DNA of 56,007 nucleotides, filler included, from Squatina squatina (GCA_031763465.1; 3 parts of 3 records of this genome joined end to end with filler, not necessarily neighbours in it); one strand, 5' to 3'. Positions 1 through 11,761 are shown, counted from the whole stretch's first letter. Numbers and translations are program-made. The notes: generated by a model from the letters alone, not told the origin.

Positions 1-465
1 ATTTACGAGGATCTGGCCAGACTGGAGAGTATTAGCTGTGAAGAAAGATTGGATCAGCTGGGGTTGTTTTCTTTGGAGCTGAGGGGAGACTTGAGGTTTA
101 CAAAATTGAGGGGACTAGATTGAGTGGATAGCAAGGACCTATTCCCCTTAGCAGAGAGGTCAGTAACCAGGGGACATAGATTTATAGCAAATGGTAGAAA
201 GATTAGAGGGGAGTTGAGAACTTTTTTCACGCAGAGGGTGGTGGTGATCTGGAACTCACTGACTGAAAGGGTGGTTGAGGCAGAAACCCTCATCACATTG
301 GAAAAAGTACTTGGACGTGCACTTGCAATGCTGTAACCTACAGGCCTGCAGACCAAGAGCTGGAAAGTGGGATTAGGCTGGATAACTCTTTGTTGGCAGG
401 CGTGGACACGATGGGCCGAATGGCCGCCTTCTGTGCTGTAAATTTCAATGATTCTGTGACTCTAT
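1..465 (+). mobile_element. CR1-clade LINE 3' fragment (ORF2 C-terminus plus 3' tail)
   Basis: Translation DLFPLAERSVTRGHRF...FFTQRVVVIWNSL..VVEAETL matches the CR1 ORF2 C-terminus; followed by the typical tail gatgggccgaatggcc...ttctgtgctgta..atgattct. Confidence 0.85.
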
Positions 466-716
466 TTTGATCTGATTTAAATGCAAGTATTAAAATTATA
501 TGTTATCTTTGGGGATTAACAAATCTTCCATAGCATTGCTGATGTTGAAATAGAGGACAGGCTGTTATATAATCCCCAACCATGTAAATGGTCCCTTTTG
601 ATGGATCTCATTGAAGCAGCTGCACCAACAGGAAGAGTAAATTACACTAGAAACTTTTTATGAGTGTTATGTAATCTTTTCAAGCACCATGTTGGAGATG
701 CCATCTTTGGGATGAG

Positions 717-1053
717 ATAGAAATATAGAAACATAGAAAATAAGAGCAGGAGTAGGCCATTCGGCCATCCCCTTAATTTCTTTAATGTCTAAGAATTTAT
801 CTGTCTCTTGAATATACTTAGTGACCCAACCTTCTGTGGTAGAGAATTCCACAGGTTCACTACCCTCTGTGAAGAAATCTTTCCCCATCTCAGTCCTAAA
901 TGGCATACTCTGACTCCTGAGATTGTGACCTCTGGTTCTGGACTCCCGATCCAGGGGAAACATCCTCCCTGCATCTAGCCTGTCAAGCCCTGTAAGAATT
1001 TCAATCAGATCCCCTCTCATTCTTCTACACTCTGGTGAATTAGGCCCAGTCAA
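717..1053 (-). mobile_element. CR1-clade LINE 3' fragment
   Basis: Minus-strand RRMRGDLIE..LTGLDRLDAGRMFPL..ESRTRGH and QRVVNLWNSLPQK (frameshifted); ends in an (atagaaa)n tail at about 717-740. Confidence 0.85.
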
Positions 1054-1608
1054 CTTAATCTCTCCCGTAGAGTGGGCCTCCAGTCACCTGACCTCGGGCC
1101 ACCCCACCCCCAACCGCTGGACTCTTGTGCTTCCCTCCTGCTGGTCAATAGTATTGCGGAATTACATCTGCTTCAATTCAGGCTGGGTTAGAGAGTAGAT
1201 GGAAAAGGAGCCCCGATCGGGTTAGAATTTACCTGCTCGGGGTGGCACGGACCCAAACAGACCAGTGAGGTTCCAGCTTCCAGGGCCGATCTGTGCCCAG
1301 TCAGCTGACTGTCGCTGGGGCAACAGTGCAGTTGGTCTCAGTGCCCTGGGCTATGGGAGAGGGAGGGCCAAGCAGGGTCCGTCACCCTGAGTTTTGTCCT
1401 GTAATCTGCTGCTGAAAAGTGTATGCATGTGGGTATAGCTGAGGTCAGGGTCAAGATCAGCTGTGATGCCACAGCAGTCAAATAGCTTGCCCAAAATCTG
1501 TGATCCTTATCCAAGTTTCCCTGTGCGGACTGGGGAACTGACAATTGCTTTATGTGCTCATACTGTACTTGTATACAGTTTATTAGTACAGTAAATGTGG
1601 TTTAAAAT

Positions 1609-1685
1609 GATGGGAGCAAAAGGAAGATCCTCTTTGATACCAATCTAAAGGAACCTGCATCTGTAGTAGCTGATCCACTAACTGG
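1609..1685 (+). pseudogene. 5'-truncated VLDLR-like propeller exon (cassette 1, LDLR exon 10 equivalent)
   Basis: Encodes DGSKRKILFDTNLKEPASVVADPLTG with the same GG|gtatt donor as the intact copies. The first ~49 codons are absent, an in-frame TAA lies at 1603-1605, and no in-frame acceptor is visible. Confidence 0.75.
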
Positions 1686-2135
1686 GTATTAAAGCATTTT
1701 TAACTTGTATAATGCAGGGGATCAGCATACCAGCACATAATGACATACTTTTTTGGGGGTAGTTCAGAAACCAAACTTGCTGTGTAGCCAACTGAATGCT
1801 GGTTTTAGTGGCCAGGCTGACCACTGAGCTAGAATTTCCCCAAAACTTTTAGCAATTACATATAGCATTAAGAAAACTGGCTGATATATTTGGAATTTGA
1901 GATTTAATTTACTGGAATTCTATCTGTTATCCCTTTTGCATTTTCCAGTGAGTTTGAATAATATATGTAGGCTCTTATGCCTACTAGATTCACTCGTGTC
2001 GTGGTAACTTGACAATGGAGCCAAGAAAATTAAATTTTCCTGGAATTGTAAAATGATCATTTTAGGGTGTCTACTTCAACTACAACAAAGCATTTAAATT
2101 TAATTAAAGCTGGCTCCTGTGTTTTGGATTTAAAG

Positions 2136-2254
2136 ATTTCTCTACTGGTCAGACTGGGGTGTGCCAGCAAAGATTGAAAAAGCAGGAATGAATGGTGCTG
2201 ACCGCCAGCTTTTGGTTACCAGAGAGATTCAGTGGCCAAATGGAATTACACTTG
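2136..2254 (+). CDS. VLDLR-like YWTD propeller exon, cassette 1 (LDLR exon 11 equivalent)
   Basis: taaag|...|gtaagt; 119 bp; [39 protein letters not shown], close to recalled [25 protein letters not shown]...IQWPNGITL. Confidence 0.93.
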
Positions 2255-2332
2255 GTAAGTAGACCACTAAAACATGTTTTGCCACATTCATATTGCAGTC
2301 TTAGTTATGCATTACTTTAAATTTATTCATAG

Positions 2333-2472
2333 ACCGTATGAAAAACCGTCTCTATTGGGTTGATTCAAAACTGCACATGCTGTCAAGTATTGGTGTAAAT
2401 GGTCAAGATAGGAGAACCATATTGCAGTCTGAAGAATTCCTTGCTCATCCTCTTGCTGTGTCTATTTTTGAG
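2333..2472 (+). CDS. VLDLR-like YWTD propeller exon, cassette 1 (LDLR exon 12 equivalent)
   Basis: catag|...|gtaaga; 140 bp; [47 protein letters not shown]. Confidence 0.93.
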
Positions 2473-2923
2473 GTAAGATCATTAATCAGGACTTGTAGTG
2501 CAAGTAGGGTAGAGCAACCTGTGCTTGTAAGCTAGTTTAACCAAATTAGTTAGTACTACATTAGACAGTTCTGCTGAGCTTGACTCTGTTCTAAGTATGG
2601 TGAACTATAAGCAAAGTGGTGATTATACCATCCTCCAACAACTAAAAGCAGCTAATGGCTAAATAGTTGTTGATTAGCTTATCTCTAGTCTTTCAAATAC
2701 TCATGGGTATATTGTCAAGTCAGGATGGAATATAATTTATACAGCAAAAGCATATGACCATGACACACTGGCAAACAATTCTCCAGCTTATGGCCCCCTT
2801 TTTGTCTGGAACCCCAAGAGTGANNNNNNNNNNNNNNNNNNNNNNNNNNNNNNNNNNNNNNNNNNNNNNNNNNNNNNNNNNNNNNNNNNNNNNNNNNNNN
2901 NNNNNNNNNNNNNNNNNNNNNNN

Positions 2924-3015
2924 TATCTGGTTGTTATCACATTGCTGTTTGTGTGAGTTTGCTGTGCGTAAATTGGCTGATGTGTTTCTCACATTACAAA
3001 AGCGGCTACATTTCA
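2924..3015 (+). mobile_element. DeuSINE/SacSINE1-like SINE 3' fragment
   Basis: tatctggttgttatcacattgctgtttgtg..ttgctgtgcgtaaattggctg..acattacaa resembles the Deu-domain SINE body as recalled; related copies occur elsewhere in the window. Confidence 0.6.
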
Positions 3016-3609
3016 GGCACCCCCTTTATGCCACTTGACAGCACTGGTACTGAACGTGTCGGATCTGGAGATCAGGCCCTCCCTTGAGGCCAGAGGGGAG
3101 GAGCCTTCAGCTGAAGCGCGGGTGCTTTCTGAGAAGTAATTACCTCCAATGCTGAGTGAAGCTCCTTGCAGAGCATTAACTGTTCCATCTCCAGTGGGCT
3201 GGGAGCCATTNNNNNNNNNNCCATTCATTAGTTTAATTGTTGAGCGGTGAAGGCCTGACTCGCAGAGAGCAACCCTGAGGGGGAGACGGGCTGTCAAAGG
3301 GATTGATCGATGTGGCATTTTGGAGCCAACAGTGAACTTTGTGCTCCATTTTTTGCTCTGTTCATTGTTTCGCTAAATCGGTAGCTCACAAAAGGCGGCA
3401 ATTGAAGATTCACCGAGCCAATTAAACACGGTGAAATATCAACCTGTTTGTTTGAAGGGACTTATTGAAGGCCGCCGTGTTGAGTCAGGAAGGTCTTTTC
3501 CTGAAGGGAAACATTAGCAAGGACACCAAGGTAGATCTATCCACCGTGTCACTGGGCTGTCTTTCAGCCTCTTGTACATGAAATCTGATCAGTTTGAAAT
3601 GGAGAAGCA

Positions 3610-3880
3610 TCTATCAAAATAAGCTTTACCAAACAAAATTTGACAGGAAACAGTGAGACACTGGGACAGATGACCAAAAGCTTGGTCAAAGAGGGAGGTT
3701 TTGAGGAGTGTCTTGGAGAGAGGTATAGGGAGGGAATTCCATAGCTTAGGGCCTTGGTAGCTGAAGGTATGGCTGCCAATGGTGGAGCAGTGAAAATTGG
3801 ATGCACAAGAGGCCAGAATTGGAGTGCAGAGATCTGTGTTATGGAGCTGAAGAAGGTTGGAGGGATATAAGCATTTTAAA
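3610..3880 (-). mobile_element. L2-clade LINE 3' fragment
   Basis: Minus-strand STIGSHTFSYQGPKLWNSLP...LLKTSLFDQAFGHL; similar to the L2 3' end at 38960-39540. Confidence 0.75.
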
Positions 3881-4350
3881 ATCAATAACTTCACAGTTGG
3901 CTTAACCATTTAGCCCAAGAAGCTGAGTGCTGACATCCAAGCAATAATCTGGTATTCATCTAGTACACCTTTTCAACCAAAGGAGATTTGTTGATTCTTT
4001 GCATTATGCACCTTGAACATTTTCCAACAGTTCAAAGGAGATGCTGGCAATCTTGCCACTGTAAATGCAAGGCCAGGGCATGTAGAAATGAAGGGGGAAA
4101 ACTAACAAGATCTGTTCCTTACTGTCAGAAATAGAATTAAAATTCCATGCAATTTAGGGTTTGCATGAAATTGGGTCGAAATGGTAAAATAGCTGCCATG
4201 GGTTAGCTTTGGACTGAACATAGTACATGGGATCAAGAACAATAAATGTTAGTCTTACTGAATTCACCTTTTTGTACTTATTTAAAAAAAAAAAGCCAAG
4301 ATTGATCCTTGAGCATTTTATTCTCCTAAAACATATATGATCTTTCCTAG

Positions 4351-4522
4351 GCAAAGAGCCCTATTTGATATTCACCAATCGTCACGATATCCGGAAACTA
4401 GGTCTACGTCACCAAGAGTACACCCAGGTGGCTGCGCAGCTGAGAAATGCTGTAGCACTGGATGCTGACATTGCAGAGCAGAGAATCTTCTGGGCTGACT
4501 TGGGTGAGAGGGCAATCTTCAG
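4351..4522 (+). CDS. VLDLR-like first propeller exon, cassette 2 (LDLR exon 9 equivalent)
   Basis: ttcctag|...|gtaatg; 172 bp; (G)[56 protein letters not shown](S), matching recalled VLDLR GKEPSLIFTNRRDIRKIGL...[12 protein letters not shown]. Not present in the ORF track. Confidence 0.93.
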
Positions 4523-5007
4523 GTAATGAATGCTGACTTCATACCAGTGCAGATTGCAGTACTGAAGCTTTGCCTTTCCAATAGCTACTTCATTCTTACA
4601 AGACTCTTGCTGCCTTGGGTAAAATGTTTATATACTTAGGGTAACATGATAGCAGTTATCACTTTCAACTGGTCTTGCTTCAACTTCAGCTTCAAATGTT
4701 TGTTAAACTGCATAGATTTTTGGTCCTGTGCTGCAAAATCTTTCCGTTGGAACTTTCAGCAATCACACTACAGCATCTAATTTTATGAGTCTGCTGGTTT
4801 ATATTGTAGTTAGAGATGCCTTCCAACTGATCTCTTATGGTGTTACTTCATTTTGTATACATAGTCTAATTTGAAGGGGATTTAAGTGAGAAAGGGCAAT
4901 TCAGCTTGTTCAGAATTTTGGTAGTGAGAAGTTACGTGCTAAGGATCAAATCTAATATAGTCGATGTAACCAAACTTGGCTATCCTGTTTCCTTTTATTC
5001 TCTCTAG

Positions 5008-5232
5008 TTTATCAATGTACAAAAAGAAAAGCGCAGCTGGTGGTTCAAGAGTTCTTAAGGATGTAGATATTCCTACGGGGATTGCAGTGGATTGGATCTA
5101 CAAGCACATCTACTGGACTGATCGTGGTACTAAAACTATATCTGTGGCAACACTTGACGGAACTCAAAGGAAGATCCTCTTTGACACCGACCTAAGGGAG
5201 CCAGCTTCTGTGGCAGTTGATCCACTAACCGG
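5008..5232 (+). CDS. VLDLR-like YWTD propeller exon, cassette 2 (LDLR exon 10 equivalent)
   Basis: tctctag|...|gtattg; 225 bp; ...[52 protein letters not shown]. Confidence 0.93.
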
Positions 5233-6185
5233 GTATTGAATTTCACCTAGTCCAGTACGAAAGCTGCTAGACAGTTGTAAAATAGTGCACGCTGTGCTGT
5301 TCAAATCTGTAATGGTCTTATTTTCCTAGAGATTAGGAGAGAGGGGACATTGAGGTAGGCTAATCGCTAGCTAGAATTGGCCAATGTGCAAGTGACTACT
5401 AATACACATGCAAGAACTCCAATGCTCAGATCAGTGGTTGAAATTCTTGAATGAGAATAGGTCATTCTACCAAGTTAGTTCTAATTAAAAGAATTAAATT
5501 TCAGTTGGATTCTGCACCCCTGCCCCCCCCCAGCTGGACCACTTGCACCTTTATTAGACATTGGTTAGTTTCTTTACATTTGAGGACCTCAATGTTCAGC
5601 TCACAGGACTATTGTGATCAAATCAGCCATGAGTATTTTGGCTTTCATCTAAATGTTTGTTGTCTTGGAAGGCAATTGAAGAGGAACAATTTCCTTTCTC
5701 TTGCTAAATGTTGTGGACAATATTTTGTAGAGGGAAAAAGAAAAGGCAGTCATACCAGCTAAGTTTGTGTGAACTGTCAGTTTTAATTTCAGCTAGTCGA
5801 ATTGGCTGGAAGTCTTCTCTGGCTACAGGGGCTCTGTTGCTGCTCATGGGTTTAGAACCAGTCTTTTCTGCAAATGACAGGGGAGCTGATGCAGGAATTG
5901 TGAAATATTGCACTGGTACAGTACAGGCAGGGTGCTTTCCTTTCTGCTCTGGAGCAGTGAGGTATTGAATCCAACTAGGCTGGATGCTGACTGGGTACCT
6001 GAGACAGTGTTCAATTCCCCAACTTAATTTGTTTTCAAACTTGTATTAAATGTTTTGATTTTATGATCATCTACATACAGATCTATAATGCACAATGTAA
6101 TGCAAGTTGGCTTAAAAGCAGTTTGTTCATGAGACTAAATTCAGGGAGATGCTATTTTGACTAAATTGTGCTTTGCTTTTCAAAG

Positions 6186-6304
6186 GTTTATTTACTGGTC
6201 AGATCTGGGTGAACCATCAGTGATAGAAAAAGCAGGAATGAATGGTGTCAACAGGCAGCTCCTGGTTACCCAAGAGATCCAATCCCCAACTGGTATTGCA
6301 CTTG
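6186..6304 (+). CDS. VLDLR-like propeller exon, cassette 2 (exon 11 equivalent)
   Basis: caaag|...|gtaagt; 119 bp; [39 protein letters not shown]. Confidence 0.92.
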
Positions 6305-6381
6305 GTAAGTGGGCTAGTAATCTCTCTTTTGCCTTTTCCAAATTTAGAACTTAGTTAATAATACTTCAACTTTGTGCACAG

Positions 6382-6521
6382 ATCTTGTGAAAAGCCGACT
6401 CTATTGGGTTGACTCAAAGCTGCACACATTGTCCAGTGTAGACTTCGATGGACAAGACAGAAGAATGGTGCTTTCCTCACATGAATTCCTTGCTCATCCT
6501 TGTGCTGTCTCTATATTTGAG
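6382..6521 (+). CDS. VLDLR-like propeller exon, cassette 2 (exon 12 equivalent)
   Basis: cacag|...|gtaaaa; 140 bp; [47 protein letters not shown]. Confidence 0.92.
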
Positions 6522-7087
6522 GTAAAATGTTTGTTCAAAATCATATTTGAAATTTTGTTTCTTGTGTACACCTGGATTTTGGGCATACTTGAACAAGGAG
6601 TGTTACAAAAATTTAGTCTAAATTAATTGGCAGTATCACTGACTCGCTGGAAAGGAAAGTTTCCTGAATCCGAATTAGTTTGCCAACAACCCAGCCATAT
6701 TTGGAAATGTTGACCTTTTAAGGTCATGGAATAGAGTAACCAGCCAGTTAAGATAGATTGGGGAAATTAGTTTACAAAGCATGACGAGTAGTGGCAGATA
6801 TATTCCCAAATTCTCATTTATTCCATTGAGAAATAAATTACCAAGAAAAGTGATCTGTCTGTGGCTAATGTGAAGAATAGTATGAAGCCTGAGGATTGGG
6901 AGTTTTAGAAACAGTAAAGGATGACTAAGATTGATACAATCTGTTTATATTGCTAGGTTAATCATACTAAGTTTCTACAATTACATANNNNNNNNNNNNN
7001 NNNNNNNNNNNNNNNNNNNNNNNNNNNNNNNNNNNNNNNNNNNNNNNNNNNNNNNNNNNNNNNNNNNNNNNNNNNNNNNNNNNNNNN

Positions 7088-7235
7088 CATAGCTACAATT
7101 CTTCAGTCCAGGCAACATCCTCAAGTCTCCTCTGTACCCTCCAAGTGCAATCCTTCCTGTAATGTGCTGACCAGAACTGGATGCAGTACTCTAGCTGTGG
7201 CCTAACAGTTCAAGCATAGCCTCCCTGCTCTTGCC
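7088..7235 (-). mobile_element. CR1 LINE fragment
   Basis: Plus-strand ccagaactggatgcagtactctagctgtggcctaac is the reverse complement of the CR1 VRPQLEYCIQFW motif. Confidence 0.7.
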
Positions 7236-7567
7236 TTTTTATTAGCTGAAGAATAGAATAAAAGTTTGTTGAAGATCTGAATTGATCTTGAACTTTGACT
7301 ACCAATCTTAATTACAGCAATTTTCCATAGTTTGGCATTCCTGTCCTTTTAACTCTTGTTTTCTGATTCCCTGGTGTGGAGATGGAATCAGATCCCACAG
7401 TAACTACAAATGTCTAGCCATCAATTGCTTTTTTTGGTGCATTAAGCTATTTTAAGCCTTCATTTAAATAAGTTAAGGGGTAACTATTGAATGCAGAGTT
7501 TGGTTTGGTAAAATCTGAATAAATGAACTGGATGCTCAAGTTGACTGAATCATCTTATTCTGTTTAG

Positions 7568-7792
7568 CATATCCATCAATAAGTGGAAAGGCAGAGCTGG
7601 TGTTTCCATAGTGGTCAAGGATGTAGGCATCCCTGTGGGAATTGCTGTGGATTGGGTTTACAAGCACCTCTACTGGACTGATCGTGGCACTAAAACTATA
7701 TCTGTGGCTATGTTTGATGGAACCAAAAAGATGATCCTCTTTGACACTGACCTAACACAGCCAGCTTCTATAGCAGTTGATCCACTATCAGG
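7568..7792 (+). CDS. VLDLR-like propeller exon, cassette 3 (exon 10 equivalent)
   Basis: tgtttag|...|gtatac; 225 bp; [75 protein letters not shown]. Confidence 0.92.
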
Positions 7793-8345
7793 GTATACAA
7801 GTTTTACTTCCTATAATTTTATTACTAATGTTTTAAATATTAGTGCTGTGATTTAATATAATCTGAATTTGGTGTAACAAAAAAGGAAGGTTTTTTGGTA
7901 TCCAAGCTCATTGGTACAAATTACATGTTAACCCTGACTGCTGAGCCTTCACTCATACACATTGAGGCTATTAAATAAATTGCTTTGCATTTCAGGTGAT
8001 GTGGAATTGGAGATTAACATGGAGATAGGAAGGTAGTGCAGTCAGAGATGTAATGAGTATTCAGTATGCTGACCTCAAAGTCGAAAGCTGCTTAATAAGC
8101 CAGTAGTTGAGGGCTGGATGCAATGCCTTGAGTTCAAACTTTTTTTATCTACATCTATTAACCATAAGATGCTTAAATTGAACGTGGGGGTAATGCTCAT
8201 CTCCAGTACTAGCTGGATGTTGCCTACTCAATATTGCAATTGCTTTTTAAAGCTTAGATGCAAGACAACTTTTCTAAATGTAAATTGTTTAGCTTTAATA
8301 CTAAAATGTAGGTTGCATCCTTTTTGACTCTCTTGCATTTTAAAG

Positions 8346-8464
8346 GTTTGTTTATTGGTCAGACTGTGGTGAACCAGCAAAGATAGAAAAATCAGGAATG
8401 AATGGTGCTGATCGGCAGCTCCTGGTTACCAGAGAGATTCAATGGCCAAATGGAATTGCACTTG
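8346..8464 (+). CDS. VLDLR-like propeller exon, cassette 3 (exon 11 equivalent)
   Basis: taaag|...|gtaagt; 119 bp; [39 protein letters not shown]. Confidence 0.92.
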
Positions 8465-8541
8465 GTAAGTAATATTTGTGTCTCAGAACCTCCTTTTACA
8501 CCTCCTATTGAAACCTGACTTAAACACCTGCTTTGCCCCAG

Positions 8542-8681
8542 ATCTTGTGAACGGCCGTCTCTATTGGGTTGACTCAAAGCTGCACATGTTGTCGAGCATC
8601 AATCTAAATGGTCAGGATAGAAGAACAGTGCTGCAGTCACGGGCATTCCTTGCTCATCCTCTTGCTGTCTCAATATTTCAG
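8542..8681 (+). CDS. VLDLR-like propeller exon, cassette 3 (exon 12 equivalent)
   Basis: cccag|...|gtgaga; 140 bp; [47 protein letters not shown]. Confidence 0.92.
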
Positions 8682-9021
8682 GTGAGATTGAATGTTAATC
8701 CTGCAAAAAGTATGTATAGTAGATTAATTTTAATAGCATTACATAACCTACTGAGGGTACTTATTTCAGTAATTAGAATCTCCATTATGTTGAGTCTCGC
8801 ACCTTGCCTTGAGTATTCTGTCTAGAACCATGATGCTGCCAAATAGAATACTATACTTTTAATACTGAATGTATTGTGATCCAATACAAGAATGACATGA
8901 GATATTGAGTGCTTCATTTCCAGAAAATTGATAATTACCAAGCTGTTAAAGTCCTGTACAGGACATTTCATCTTCCTGGAGTGTACCAAAGGCCAGTTGT
9001 TTCACTCTATAATCCAACAAT

Positions 9022-9200
9022 ATTTAATACAGAAGCAAAATACTGCAGATGCTGGAATCTAGAATACAAACAAAAAAAGCTGGAAAAACTAGTCAGGCAG
9101 CATCTGGAGAGAAAAAGTCAACGTTTCGGGTCAATGACCCATCGTCATCGACCTGAAATGTTGACTGTTTTTCTTTCCACAGATGCTGCCTGACCGGAGT
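9022..9200. mobile_element. Palindromic non-autonomous element, probably derived from a Penelope-like terminal repeat
   Basis: Inverted arms gtcaggcagcatctgg..gtcaacgtttcgggtcaatgac / gtcatcgacctgaaatgttgac..cagatgctgcctgac (9092-9194) around a 5-nt loop; a second partial copy lies at 53311-53383. Confidence 0.65.
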
Positions 9201-9601
9201 GNNNNNNNNNNNNNNNNNNNNNNNNNNNNNNNNNNNNNNNNNNNNNNNNNNNNNNNNNNNNNNNNNNNNNNNNNNNNNNNNNNNNNNNNNNNNNNNNNNN
9301 NTCCCTATGATAGTGTGGTGCTTTAAGACTTGCCATCTGTAGGTCCTGTGTGGACCTACAATCTGACTTGGGTATAATTATCTAAGAATATACACTTTGG
9401 GCACTCCGCTAAGCATCTACAGAAGCAGCAATGGGATTGATCATTTTAGATTCATTTACTTCTGGGGATAGAGTACTCTTATTTGGATATGCACATGATT
9501 AAACTGTAAAAGTGCTGCACCTACTGCTCAAACTGGCCCAGAATGGGCCACTGGAAATCTTTTGGTTAATGAGCTTGACTCGGGGAAAATTTCTGTTCCA
9601 G

Positions 9602-9743
9602 GATAGTGCCTTCTGGATTGATGAGGAGAATGAAGCCATTCATGAAGCCAACAAGTTCACTGGTGAAGATCTAGTAACTTTGGCCTCTAATCTGAATGGA
9701 CCTCAAGACCTAATTATTTATCATGAGTTAATGCAGCCATCTG
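9602..9743 (+). CDS. VLDLR-like last propeller exon, cassette 3 (LDLR exon 13 equivalent)
   Basis: ttccag|...|gtaagt; 142 bp; [47 protein letters not shown](G), cf. recalled VLDLR [32 protein letters not shown]. Confidence 0.93.
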
Positions 9744-10271
9744 GTAAGTTTGGGCTGTTTTCTTTTACAAAAAGGAAGTAAGACTTGAATGTGTTTACTG
9801 AACTATCTACCAAAATTTTCATGGACAGCTACTTGAAGTGTGGTTTCTACAGACCTGGGCGTGTGCTTTTTGCCAATGCCATGTTGCTGTCCTAATTTGT
9901 CAAATTTTAGTGGATCTATTCTCCAGTGGGGCAGGAGGAATGGACATCAAGGAGCATATGTTCTTGATTTCAGAACCATTTTAAAGAATAACAGTTGTGG
10001 AAATAGTCATTTTTTGACTAGTAATNNNNNNNNNNNNNNNNNNNNNNNNNNNNNNNNNNNNNNNNNNNNNNNNNNNNNNNNNNNNNNNNNNNNNNNNNNN
10101 NNNNNNNNNNNNNNNNNNNNNNNNNGTTTGATCACAAACCATAAAATATAGTGCTTTAATATCAAACTGCAGAGTAGTTCTAGTTAATGTGCTAAAGCTT
10201 GGCTTTCTGGATTTGTCCATTTTAATGTGTGCAACTTGAATTAAAATGGGGAACTTCAATATCTAGGTTAT

Positions 10272-10612
10272 GATCAGCTTGGCTCAGTAAGAGTCCAAAT
10301 CCCACTCGAGGACTTCTGCTATTATGAGTGCTGTGTTAAAAGGGGCTGACTTTCAGTTAAAATATTAAAACTGATGCCTTGTTTGGCTCTTCAAGTGGGA
10401 GGCCAAGATTCTGGTGGCATTATGAAAAAGCAGAAGGTTTTTGTCCCATGTCCTAGATAATCATTTGGTCTCCCAACCAGTGCCACCGAAAACTAGTTGT
10501 TAATCTCACTGAGCAAATTAGTTGCTGCATTTCCTACATAAGTAACTGCACTTCAAAAGTAATGTGACATGTCTTTCTTGGATGAGACAAGACTATACAA
10601 AATGCAAGGTTT
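10272..10612 (+). mobile_element. Degenerate DeuSINE/SacSINE1-like SINE
   Basis: tRNA-like head ttggctcagt..., then a body ending gcaaattagttgctgcatttcctacat..cacttcaaaagta..aaatgcaag; similar to 24215-24500. Confidence 0.5.
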
Positions 10613-10662
10613 TTCTTTAGTCAAAAGAAATTGGGGACTCAAACAATGTAACCTTCTTGCAG

Positions 10663-10884
10663 TGTGTCCATGGATAAATGGGAACACCCATCTGGGGTTT
10701 CCAGAATTAAGGATCTAGGAATCCCAGTCGGAATTGCAGTGGATTGGATCTACAAGCACATCTATTGGACTGATCGGGGTACTAAGACAATATCTGTGGC
10801 TACATTTGATGGAACCAAGAGGAAGACACTCTTTGACACTGACTTAAGGGAACCAGCTTCTGTAGCAGTTGATCCGATAACTGG
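10663..10884 (+). CDS. VLDLR-like propeller exon, cassette 4 (exon 10 equivalent)
   Basis: cttgcag|...|gtactg; 222 bp, one codon shorter with frame kept; [74 protein letters not shown]. Confidence 0.93.
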
Positions 10885-11523
10885 GTACTGAAAATTTTAA
10901 CATTCATATGCAAGTGTGTATGGCTTGGTGTGCATGATTCACAACTGTATAGTTAAATTGCTGTTTACAAAATGTATGCAATATCCATTTTGGACTGATA
11001 GAATTTTGCTGTGGTCAAGTGGAGTGTTGGAGACAAATTCCAACATTGTGAATATTCAGTCTTTTGTGCTTTATTGATTGCATTGTATTTTGGTTGGAGT
11101 GGCAGGGGTTTTTGTCCTACTGTAGAGTATATCCTGACAGTTTAAAGGGAGCAGAATTAGCAACTTTGGAAAAGTCTGTATCCTGTTCTAACTGAGACTC
11201 TGGCTGTAAAAAGATGGTAAAATAATCGGTCAGTGACTCTTTTTATTCCTTCCTGGGATGTGGGTGTTGCTAGCAAGGCCAGCATTTATTGCCCTTGACA
11301 TTGCTTTTAAATTGGGTTTCTGTTGCAATTATTTACCAATGATCTGAAATCTTAGTTGGAAGATGCTACTTGACTACATTTGGAGGGAAATGTTAACACT
11401 ATGTTGAAGCTTCCCAATAGCCTTTGCAGAGCTGGACAAGGGTAATGTTTATGGTCTCACTTAATTGACCATTAAATTTAGGGCCTATCAAAAACTGATT
11501 TGAAATGTTTTTTTGACTTGAAG

Positions 11524-11642
11524 GTTTATTTACTGGTCAGACTGTGGTGAACCAGCAATGATTGAGAAAGCAGGAATGAATGGTGCTGACCGCCAGCAAC
11601 TTGTTACCAGAGAGATTCAATGGCCAAGTGGCATTACACTTG
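11524..11642 (+). CDS. VLDLR-like propeller exon, cassette 4 (exon 11 equivalent)
   Basis: tgaag|...|gtaagg; 119 bp; [39 protein letters not shown]. Confidence 0.92.
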
Positions 11643-11761
11643 GTAAGGCGACTTCTATTCAGAAGTTGGAAAAATGTACCTTTTCACCTAATATAAAGGC
11701 TGTTTTGGACATTTGAACTCTGCCCTAGAGGCTGATTTAGACATTGAAACTTTGTCCACAG

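Noticed and set aside
4031-4135. Cys-rich frame QRRCWQSCHCKCKARAC as a possible EGF exon before cassette 2
   Set aside because: Cys spacing does not fit EGF, and the frame ends in a stop without a convincing donor.
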